DNA of 64,000 nucleotides. It comes from Alloprevotella sp. GTDB lineage: Bacteria > Bacteroidota > Bacteroidia > Bacteroidales > Bacteroidaceae. The position numbers and the translations under genes are program-made. Below the pieces are notes generated by a model. It was not told the origin of the DNA and ran no database searches. It saw only the letters and a program-made list of their open reading frames with translations. This document shows, piece by piece, positions 50,293 to 58,827 of this stretch (positions are counted from its first letter, which is position 1; the number at the start of each line of letters is the position of its first letter). The stretch is from contig JAFVDF010000003.1 in assembly GCA_017478625.1 (NCBI GenBank), positions 4,279 through 68,278 on the forward strand, in the 5' to 3' direction.

Positions 50293-51447
50293 TTATTCAA
50301 TGACGAGGTCTTCCAGATCAAATTCGTCTGACTCTTCCGTAGGTTCATCATCATCCCAATCGGGCTCCCATTCTGCAAAGTCGGCAGTAAGCACCGTGTC
50401 TTTCAAGTCGCGGTGTACCAGTTCGTCGTGACTGTCTGTTCCGATTTCTTTGTTGTCTTTATCCAGATTTTTCCACAGAAGGTCTTTCAGTCGGTCCACG
50501 CCATAGCCGGACACAGCCGAAAAATAGACGTGCTCCACATCCGTAGGCAGTTCTTCTTCCAGCAAACGCATCAGTTCTTCGTCAATGAGGTCGGCTTTCG
50601 AGACGCCCAGCACACGTCGCTTGTTCATAAGTGCCGGGTTGAAGGCTTGTAGTTCGCCCAGCAGCGTTTCATAGTCCTTTTTAATATTATCGCTGTCGGC
50701 TGGGACGAGGAATAGCAGTAATGCGTTGCGTTCAATGTGGCGTAGAAACCGAATGCCCAGCCCTTTCCCTTCGGAGGCTCCCTTTATGATGCCCGGAATA
50801 TCGGCCATCACGAAAGATTGGTTGTCCCGATAGGAAATAATACCCACTGAGGGCTGGAGCGTAGTAAATGGATAATTGGCAATCTTAGGTTTTGCGGCAG
50901 AAGTAGCCGAGAGCAATGTACTCTTACCCGCATTGGGAAAACCTACCAGTCCTACATCGGCTAGCAGTTTGAGTTCGAGCACAACCATAAGTTCCTGCAT
51001 CGGTTCTCCTGGCTGTGCGTAGCGTGGAGTCTGATTGGTGGCTGTTCTAAAGTGCCAGTTGCCAAGACCTCCGCGCCCACCTTTCAGCAGCATTACCACC
51101 TGACCGTCTTCTGTTATGTCGCAGAGATATTTACCGGTCTCGGCGTCGTAGGCCACCGTACCACACGGTACGTCTATGTACTTGTCGGCGCCAGCGGAAC
51201 CCGTGGCCAAAGCCTTTCCTCCATTCTGTCCGTGGCCCGCAAAAGCGTGCCGTTCATATTTAAGGTGTAATAGCGTCCAAAGATTACGGTTTCCACGAAG
51301 ATATACGTTGCCTCCGCGACCGCCATCGCCCCCGTCGGGTCCGCCATTGGGATGATATTTGGCCCGATGCAGGTGCATAGAGCCCCGACCGCCTTTACCA
51401 GAGCGACAGAATATCTTGGCGTAATCTATGAAGTTGCTTTCAGCCAT
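50293..51447 (-). CDS. obgE: GTPase ObgE
   Basis: [29 protein letters not shown]; acidic tail. Confidence 0.97.
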   Translation of the reverse strand: MAESNFIDYAKIFCRSGKGGRGSMHLHRAKYHPNGGPDGGDGGRGGNVYLRGNRNLWTLLHLKYERHAFAGHGQNGGKALATGSAGADKYIDVPCGTVAYDAETGKYLCDITEDGQVVMLLKGGRGGLGNWHFRTATNQTPRYAQPGEPMQELMVVLELKLLADVGLVGFPNAGKSTLLSATSAAKPKIANYPFTTLQPSVGIISYRDNQSFVMADIPGIIKGASEGKGLGIRFLRHIERNALLLFLVPADSDNIKKDYETLLGELQAFNPALMNKRRVLGVSKADLIDEELMRLLEEELPTDVEHVYFSAVSGYGVDRLKDLLWKNLDKDNKEIGTDSHDELVHRDLKDTVLTADFAEWEPDWDDDEPTEESDEFDLEDLVIE

Positions 51448-51498
51448 AAGTATAAGCGTTTCTGTAGATAGAGGAGGGACGTTGTCAGGACAGACGGA

Positions 51499-52068
51499 TT
51501 AGAGTGCGTCTATTACCTTGCTGATGTCTGCAAAGATGTCTTCGAGCGTACCTATACCCTTGATAGGAAAGCGACAGCCGGCCTTTTCGTACCAATTGCT
51601 TAGGGGAAGCGTCTGTGCCTTATAGACTTCGAGTCGTTGGCGTATGGTTTCCTCGTTGTCGTCTGAGCGACCGGAAACTTTTCCGCGGTTGATGAGGCGG
51701 GCAATAAGTTCTTCTTCGGGTACAGCCAGTTCAATCATGGCATCCACGCGCTTTCCGCGCTCTTCAAGCATTTGTGCCAATGCTTCAGCTTGGGGAATGG
51801 TGCGAGGGAACCCGTCGAAGATGACACCTTCACAATCGGGCAACGCATCATATACTGAGGCAAGGAGCTGAATGATAAGTTCGTCGGGTAGAAGTTTACC
51901 CTGACTGATAAATCCCTGAGCTATTTTTCCTAATTCCGTGCCTTGTTTGATTTCGGCGCGTAGAGCATCTCCCGTAGAGATATGCTTGAATCCGTATTTT
52001 TCTATGAGCAACTCGCTCTGAGTGCCTTTGCCTGAGCCGGGGGCTCCAAATAGTACGATATTTTTCAT
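51499..52068 (-). CDS. adk: Adenylate kinase
   Basis: GAPGSGKGT, HISTGD, DGFPRT, RSDD. Confidence 0.96.
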   Translation of the reverse strand: MKNIVLFGAPGSGKGTQSELLIEKYGFKHISTGDALRAEIKQGTELGKIAQGFISQGKLLPDELIIQLLASVYDALPDCEGVIFDGFPRTIPQAEALAQMLEERGKRVDAMIELAVPEEELIARLINRGKVSGRSDDNEETIRQRLEVYKAQTLPLSNWYEKAGCRFPIKGIGTLEDIFADISKVIDAL

Positions 52069-52095
52069 ATCCGTTGTGCTGTTATTATAATGGAG

Positions 52096-52629
52096 TTAGT
52101 CGATTACATAAATATCTTTCAGGTTACGCCCCTCGCCGTCGTAGTCCAGTCCGTAGCCTAAGATAAAATCATTGGGAATGCGGAAGCAGGCATAGTCGAT
52201 GTTTAAATCCACCTTGAGATTGTCGGGCTTTACAAGCAAGGCTGCAATCTTAATCTTAGCGGGATGACGCTCAGTGAGTTTGCTTATCAAATCTTGCATA
52301 GTGAGTCCCGAATCAATGATGTCCTCTATTATGACCACAGTACGTCCTTCGAGATTTTCATTGAGGCCGATGAGTTCACGAACCACCCCCGTGCTGGAAG
52401 TGCCAGCGTATGAAGCCAAGCGAATAAACGATATTTCACAATCAATATCCACTTCGCGTACAAGGTCGGCAGCAAAGATGAAAGCACCATTCAACACAGT
52501 CAGAAACAAAGGTTTTTCGCCGGCAAGGTCCTGTTTTATTTGCTGGGCAACTTCTTTTACACGCGCCTTAATATCTACCTCTGAGATAAATGGCTTGAAA
52601 ACTTTGTCTTTAACGTTCACGCGAGTCAT
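52096..52629 (-). CDS. hpt: Hypoxanthine phosphoribosyltransferase
   Basis: VLNGAFIF, IIEDIIDSGLT, GYGLDY. Confidence 0.95.
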   Translation of the reverse strand: MTRVNVKDKVFKPFISEVDIKARVKEVAQQIKQDLAGEKPLFLTVLNGAFIFAADLVREVDIDCEISFIRLASYAGTSSTGVVRELIGLNENLEGRTVVIIEDIIDSGLTMQDLISKLTERHPAKIKIAALLVKPDNLKVDLNIDYACFRIPNDFILGYGLDYDGEGRNLKDIYVID

Positions 52630-52921
52630 AGAATATGGAAATTTTTAAGGTTGATTATTGGGTATGAAAATGCGAAGATAGCGAACTTTTGTTTAATGAC
52701 ACCTATTTCGCCCGTTCTTTTTGCAAGTATAAAAACATACTATTATCAGTGTCCTCATCCCTTTCGGACGGTTTATCTTGCATAGTGTAAGCCGTTTAAT
52801 ATCTATGGTAGCTCTCCGCATTTCTATGTCAGCTATCTGTGCGCTTATACTTTGTGGCAGTTTGTCCTTTCCCTCTTATCATAGGTCTATTCTTTTTGGA
52901 GATTCCCTAATCCCATTTTCC

Positions 52922-52980
52922 AGTTCACACTGTGAAACGCGCATTTCACAGTGTGAAACCGGAATTTCACACTGTGAACT
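52922..52980. repeat. Intergenic 3x21-bp palindromic repeat, copy 3
   Basis: AGTTCACACTGTGAAAC (52922), ATTTCACAGTGTGAAAC (52943), ATTTCACACTGTGAACT (52964); shares linker GCGC with copy 2 in inverted orientation. Confidence 0.85.
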
Positions 52981-53217
52981 TGAATGCTGTATTATTCGAT
53001 CTGTAAGCCGGTCCGTATTTGTCTGCTTGTGGCCGTATTGGGCAAATATGTAGCTCTATGGCCAGAATGGCGTTCTTCTTCAGATATTTTTATGCGAGCC
53101 ACCTTTGAAGTTATTATATTTTATACCTTTGCTAATCATAAATGAATTGTATTATGACCTAAATATTAACTGACAGAAGGATAAATAAGAAAGTGTTTAC
53201 TTTTATCTGATGTACTT

Positions 53218-53616
53218 CTAAAATCGCCAAATTTTAATATCTGAGTACACATCAGCAGTAAAAGTGAATGCTTGCACCCGATAGGTGTGGGCTTCACTGT
53301 TGTTTGTGTACTGGTGTTTGGCGATAACTTGGCACCCAGAACAGTTTGGTACATCAATGTATTCTACTGGCAGGTCTATCAGCGGTTCCAGTTTGGCAAT
53401 CTCACGGGCAATTTCATTTCTTGTATTATCAGTCACCTCCTATAGTAGAATCTTCAGAGTTGTTGGAGTAATGCCAAAGAACAGGCAGTCGCTCGCTGTA
53501 TTGAGAAAAGTACAAAATGAACGCATACCATCCTTCAACTCGCCTGTAGTCTTCTTCATTTACAACTGGCGGGTTTCATCGCCATATATCAATGCCTGTA
53601 TGCCTTCTATTGTCAT
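53218..53616 (-). pseudogene. AlbA_2/Schlafen-domain protein pseudogene (truncated, two in-frame stops)
   Basis: ATG 53616: MTIEGIQALIYGDETRQL*MKKTTGELKDGMRSFCTFLNT..CLFFGITPTTLKILL*EVTDNTRNEIAREIAKLEP. Stops at 53560-53562 and 53440-53442. Matches the E..ExK...AFxN..GG...GV AlbA_2 pattern. Confidence 0.7.
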
Positions 53617-53744
53617 ATTAAAGTTGTTATAAAAGTGCAACATTTCTTATCAAGTTTACCCATCCTCGCGTGTACAATTACTCAAAATTTGTAAAAAATC
53701 CATTGATGATGAATAAAACCTTCTTCCAGTTAAGAAAATTTGAG

Positions 53745-54153
53745 TAACTTTACATCCAGTTCCACGCCGAAATGCTCGTCATCAACGATGTTTGCATGGT
53801 TGGGTGGGACAACATACAGACATAGGCGTTTTCTGGACGCTTTGGTTTTGATGCTCTAAGAATCTCGCAAGTTCGAACAGTTTGTCAAAAACAAAGCAAC
53901 GGGAACGCCCCTTGGGGTGATTATACACTTCACTTTCTGACATATCTCATAATAGAGTTTGTCAGATTTGTGGACTTGATATACTCATCGGCGTGGGGCT
54001 TTCGGCGTTGCTCGTTTCGACAAACTGGGCAATGCGAGAGCCTTTAGAGCGTGAAGCGAGCAACAGGACTGGCTCCACGTTTTTGTTTGTATGTAACAAG
54101 AACAACATTTAATCCTCTGCTGTGAGGGGCCAAGGCAGAACATTTTATTAGAA
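53745..54153 (+). promoter_or_regulatory. Long structured 5' leader (candidate attenuator/cis-regulatory RNA) of the vWA operon
   Basis: Near-consensus TAACTTTA at 53745. Rod 53851-53911 pairs with 53995-54052. Alternative hairpin 53991-54018 with 54053-54080 is followed by a T-tract. Confidence 0.6.
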
Positions 54154-54993
54154 ATGGCAAAGAATGACAAACAATGGAGTTCTGCTACTCCTGGTTTACT
54201 GATTATCTTATTGGATCAGTCTGGCTCAATGAGGAGTGATTATGAAGGTACAACACGTACCAAGTTCGCAACACTTGCTGTCAATAAAGTTATTGACAAC
54301 ATCATCCAGAAGAATTTCGATGGTGACGCACCTAAAAACCGCTGTTTCATTTCTGTGATTGGGTATAACCATAACGTGAAAGAACTATGCTCTGGTTGGC
54401 TAAAGGACTTAGACGCAAATCCTTTGCGGTATGAAACTCTGAAAAAGAAAACGCCTGATGGCACAGGAGGGCTTGTTGAAGTAGAGGTGAAACAACCTGT
54501 ATGGGTAGAACCTATTGACAAAGATGGAGCTACCAATATGCTTGGTGCTTTCCAACTGGCAAAAGACTTAGTTGAGAAGTGGATGGCCGATAATGCAGAA
54601 GGACCAGCCCCTGTAATTATCAACATCTCTGATGGCGTTCCTTATTACGAAGGAAAAGACCCAAGGGATTGTATGCGAGAAACAGTCGCGCTCGCAAAAG
54701 AAATTATGGAGCTTTCAAATAACGATGGCAACGTCCTTATTTTCAATGCTCAGATAGATGAGTCAAATGGTAAGGTGGTGTTCCCATCTGATCGGAATAA
54801 TATTTCTCAGGAGCAAGCCCAGTTCCTGTACGATATAACCAGCGAAGTCCCTGATTCTTACAAAGCCGCTGCCGCAAAGAACGAATTGCCTATAAAAGAT
54901 GGTTCTCGTGGCTGTATTTTTGGTGCAGATGGTGTACAACTGATTCAACTCATTGACTTTGGCTCTTCAAGAGCAGGCGATAAAGGACTTTAA
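54154..54993 (+). CDS. von Willebrand factor A (TerY-like) domain protein
   Basis: MIDAS ILLDQSGSM, GATNM and INISDG. Confidence 0.88.
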   Translation: MAKNDKQWSSATPGLLIILLDQSGSMRSDYEGTTRTKFATLAVNKVIDNIIQKNFDGDAPKNRCFISVIGYNHNVKELCSGWLKDLDANPLRYETLKKKTPDGTGGLVEVEVKQPVWVEPIDKDGATNMLGAFQLAKDLVEKWMADNAEGPAPVIINISDGVPYYEGKDPRDCMRETVALAKEIMELSNNDGNVLIFNAQIDESNGKVVFPSDRNNISQEQAQFLYDITSEVPDSYKAAAAKNELPIKDGSRGCIFGADGVQLIQLIDFGSSRAGDKGL

Positions 54994-55001
54994 TACGGAA
55001 T

Positions 55002-56123
55002 ATGGTTATACGTGCTTTTATAACACACAAGCAAGCAGAACGATTCGCAGACTGCCAAGATAGATTTGGTGTTAATACAGACACCAAATCTATTGCGGTG
55101 TCTGATGGAATGGGGTCAACCTGGCAGCAAAAGATATGGGCTCAACTACTTGTTGAAACCTATACGAACAGTCGGGATTGGAATCTGTCAAAAGAATCTA
55201 TTATTCCGCTTTGTCAAGAATGGCGCGCTAAAGTTTCCGAGTTCATTCAAAACTTAAAGGATACAAATGCGCCAGAGAACATAATTTATCGAAACGAACG
55301 CAACTTTGCTGAAGGTCGTTCAGCAGGGGCAACGTTTGTTGGCATTCGTCTTGATGGGAGCAAATGGTCAGGAGAGGTTCTTGGTGATACCTGCTTGATA
55401 GAGTGGGATGGGAATGAGGCAAAGTTCAACACCTCACAAGATACTGATGCCTTTGACAGTTACCCAGATTATTTCGATAGCAATCCACTAAAAGACGGGA
55501 AGGGTACACCAAAGTCTATCGAAGGTACGCTTACAGATGACAAGAAACTCTTATTGGTATCTGATCCATTCTCGGAATTCCTTTTGGAACATAGTAAGCA
55601 AGGGGACATCGCTAAGTATGTTCAGCAACTATTATCAGTGGCTTCGCATGACGATTTTGAGGTGTTGGTTGACGAATGGAGGAAAGAAGGGATGCACAAT
55701 GATGACACGACATTAGTAATCGTCGAAAGTGACAATGCAGAGGCTCTCACTATTACCTATGCAGACAACATTGCAGAAATGGTCGAGAAAGAGCAAATGG
55801 ACAAAGAATCAGTAGCAGAAAAAGTAGAAGCGGAATCAACAGAAAACACAAATGCTACATCCGCTATCGAACAGGTAACTGACAAACAGGATGAGAGTCC
55901 ATACAGAGAAAAAGAATGTAATGCTTCCGACCCTGTGAATGCTGACACAATTATTGAAGAGTTTTTAACTGAATACAAAAGTGTCCTTGAAGGTAAATGT
56001 AAAGGAAAATCTCAAAAAGCAATCAAAAAGTTTTGGAGCGAGTTGCAGTATAAAACAACTCAAAATGCTGCAAAGGAAGCCCTCCGTACTATTCTCGACA
56101 AATACGTTATTTATGCCAAATAG
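55002..56123 (+). CDS. PP2C-family protein phosphatase with acidic C-terminal extension
   Basis: CQDRF, AVSDGMG, GATFVG, LGDTCL, LVSDPF, HNDDTT. Confidence 0.85.
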   Translation: MVIRAFITHKQAERFADCQDRFGVNTDTKSIAVSDGMGSTWQQKIWAQLLVETYTNSRDWNLSKESIIPLCQEWRAKVSEFIQNLKDTNAPENIIYRNERNFAEGRSAGATFVGIRLDGSKWSGEVLGDTCLIEWDGNEAKFNTSQDTDAFDSYPDYFDSNPLKDGKGTPKSIEGTLTDDKKLLLVSDPFSEFLLEHSKQGDIAKYVQQLLSVASHDDFEVLVDEWRKEGMHNDDTTLVIVESDNAEALTITYADNIAEMVEKEQMDKESVAEKVEAESTENTNATSAIEQVTDKQDESPYREKECNASDPVNADTIIEEFLTEYKSVLEGKCKGKSQKAIKKFWSELQYKTTQNAAKEALRTILDKYVIYAK

Positions 56124-56131
56124 TATCTGCC

Positions 56132-57211
56132 ATGCCATTACCAACAATTCCCGATTATAGCACATATATCAAAACACCAGCATTGATACATCCTGCGGTA
56201 CTGAAAGATGGACACCCAATAGAAAAAGGTGTTCGGCTTATCAAGTATTCAGGTGGCTTCTGCGTGGTGTTTCCATATCTGACTCCGTCTAAAAAGTATG
56301 CAGTGCGCTGTTGGCATGCAGAGGTTTCAGATGCCAAACGCAGGACACAAGTCATTGCAGAATCATTGAAGGAAGCAAATCTTCCCTATTTCGTTGGGTT
56401 TGATTTCTATGAAGATGGCATTATGACACCAATGGGAATGCAGCCACTTGTTGTAATGGACTGGGTGGAGGCAAAATCTTTAAAGAAATTCTTGTCCGAA
56501 CATATCACAGAGGCCACAACCATCAACAAGGTAGCTGAGAATTTCAAGAAGATGGTAGCCGATTTACATGCAAACCATTTCTCACATGGCGACTTACAGC
56601 ACGGAAACATCATGGTCAAGCCAGATTATTCATTGGTTTTGGTTGACTATGATTCAATGTATGTTCCAAAACTAAACGGTATGCCAGACGAGATTAAAGG
56701 ACTAGTTGGGTATCAGCATGAAGCAAGATGGGAAAACAAAATGGTTTCGGAAAAAGCAGACTATTTCTCCGAACTAGTCATATATCTCAGTCTAAAAGCA
56801 CTTGCCAAAATGCCTTCTCTGTGGAAAGACTTGAACATGGAGGACACAGAAACTCTCCTGTTTTCTGGGGAAGATATACAGTCAAAAGGTACTTCCAATA
56901 TATTCAAACTGCTGAAAACCGATTCTGAGTTAGCTCCACTTGTCGATAAACTATGCGAGTTTATGGGTAAGTCATCAATTGAAGACCTTACGCCCTTAGA
57001 GGATGCCGTATTATCAAAAAGCGAAATCATCTCATCCAAATGGCAAGGTGGAAATGGCTATAAAGCCACGGCTAAAAAGGGCGAAGTGGATGATTCCAAC
57101 AAAATTGCTGGGAAATGGGGAAAAGGAAATGGATATGTTAAAACGAATAAAGAAGACGAGCGTAAAAAAATTTCAGCCTCAATATCTGAAAAGTTTAAGA
57201 AGCCACAATAA
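56132..57211 (+). CDS. Ser/Thr protein kinase-like protein 1
   Basis: SGGFCVVF, YAVRCW, MDWVE, HGDLQHGNIMV, LVDYD. Confidence 0.85.
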   Translation: MPLPTIPDYSTYIKTPALIHPAVLKDGHPIEKGVRLIKYSGGFCVVFPYLTPSKKYAVRCWHAEVSDAKRRTQVIAESLKEANLPYFVGFDFYEDGIMTPMGMQPLVVMDWVEAKSLKKFLSEHITEATTINKVAENFKKMVADLHANHFSHGDLQHGNIMVKPDYSLVLVDYDSMYVPKLNGMPDEIKGLVGYQHEARWENKMVSEKADYFSELVIYLSLKALAKMPSLWKDLNMEDTETLLFSGEDIQSKGTSNIFKLLKTDSELAPLVDKLCEFMGKSSIEDLTPLEDAVLSKSEIISSKWQGGNGYKATAKKGEVDDSNKIAGKWGKGNGYVKTNKEDERKKISASISEKFKKPQ

Positions 57212-58825
57212 ATGCCGACAATACCAAGCATAAGAACGTCCGTCGAGAACCAAAGTGTTCTTGTGTTAGACAAGCATGCCCAGAATGGTGTCTTTCGCAG
57301 GGATGCCAGAGGCCGACTAATTGCCTATACAGGCGGCTTCTCAGTTGTATTCCCATACGAAGTAGCCAATGGTGAGAAATGGGCTTTCAGATGCTGGCAT
57401 GTTGATGCCAACAATTCAAAGAGGCGTTATGAAATAATCTCTGACGCTATTCAACAGACACAATTGGATTTCTTGTGTGGATTTGAATATATAGAGAATG
57501 GTATCAATGTGGACGGAAGAATCTATCCGACCACAAGGATGCGGTGGATTGATGGAATAACCATTAAAGACTATATCTGTCAGAACCGGGAATCCAAACA
57601 ATTATTGAAGGAACTTGCAGATAAATTCCTCGCTATAACTCGTTGCATGCATAGCCTATCTCTTGCTCATGGGGACCTTCAACATGGGAACATCTTGGTC
57701 GACAAGGATCATCGTTTATACTTGGTCGATTACGATTCTTTCTATTGCCCCGAACTTCAAGGTGAAGCAGATAATGTTACCGGTCTCCCTGATTATCAAC
57801 ACCCCGCTCGAATAAGTAACAAGTCTGTATCAAAGAAGCTGGACTATTTTTCCGAACTGATAATCTATCTTAGTATTCTCGCTATAGCGAAGAATCCTTC
57901 ATTGATAGACAAGTATAAAGTGGCGGATGCCGACCGCCTCCTTTTTGCTAAAGAAGATTTTGCAGACATAAAGAATGCACCGATATACAAAGACATTTAT
58001 TCTCTAGGGAATCATTTCCAAGACATACTGGCAGTGCTAGAAGAATATCTTGGGTATAGGAGTATTGACGATTTAATCCCTTTCGAATCTTGCTTGTTAC
58101 ATCAAAAGGTTTCTTTCACCGCATCAACGACCAAGGCCGTACGCAATACCCAATCCATTGAGTTGGTTTGGGATGTTCCTTTTGATGCCGAGATTACCCT
58201 CCGCAAAGGAAGAGAAACAGAAGTACAACAATGTGAGAAGCATAGAAAGTTTACCACAACTCTTTCAGAAAGCACAACTTTTGAATTGTCAATAAAGACA
58301 TCCGACGGCCAAGTAATAAAGAGAGGAATCGCTATCGCTGTCTTTGACGAATGCGAAATAGAGTTCACTGCTGACAAATACTATGTGTTTCCGACCATAC
58401 CAGTCAAAATCTCTTGGAAGGTTAAGAATGCAAAAAAAGTCTGGCTGGATGATGAAGAAATACAGCCTTCTGGGACAAGAATTATAGAACCAAAGAAAGC
58501 AACTATATGTGTTTTGACAGCGGAAGACGAGTTCGGGAAGAAGGAAAAACGAATTGAAATAGGAATATTACCTATTCCTCAAGTAAAATCTTTGCTCGTG
58601 CCAACTCCAAACATCGTCAACAATCTATCTCTATCCATAAAGCAGCCTCGCTACAATGCGAATGTTTCATTTCCAAACATAACTATTGGAATGGTAAGGA
58701 CAGAGATTCCTAAGGTTCCCTCTCTCAAAGAAATGGGACTAAATGTGGAATTATCACCACCCCTTTCACGATTTAGTATAAAACGTTCGATTCAAAAAAT
58801 TTTCAATCACATAATAAAAAAGTAA
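57212..58825 (+). CDS. Ser/Thr protein kinase-like protein 2 with C-terminal Ig/PKD-like repeats
   Basis: TGGFSVVF, WAFRCW, HGDLQHGNILV, LVDYD; two FTA...xWxV beta-rich repeats. Confidence 0.82.
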   Translation: MPTIPSIRTSVENQSVLVLDKHAQNGVFRRDARGRLIAYTGGFSVVFPYEVANGEKWAFRCWHVDANNSKRRYEIISDAIQQTQLDFLCGFEYIENGINVDGRIYPTTRMRWIDGITIKDYICQNRESKQLLKELADKFLAITRCMHSLSLAHGDLQHGNILVDKDHRLYLVDYDSFYCPELQGEADNVTGLPDYQHPARISNKSVSKKLDYFSELIIYLSILAIAKNPSLIDKYKVADADRLLFAKEDFADIKNAPIYKDIYSLGNHFQDILAVLEEYLGYRSIDDLIPFESCLLHQKVSFTASTTKAVRNTQSIELVWDVPFDAEITLRKGRETEVQQCEKHRKFTTTLSESTTFELSIKTSDGQVIKRGIAIAVFDECEIEFTADKYYVFPTIPVKISWKVKNAKKVWLDDEEIQPSGTRIIEPKKATICVLTAEDEFGKKEKRIEIGILPIPQVKSLLVPTPNIVNNLSLSIKQPRYNANVSFPNITIGMVRTEIPKVPSLKEMGLNVELSPPLSRFSIKRSIQKIFNHIIKK

Positions 58826-58827
58826 CA

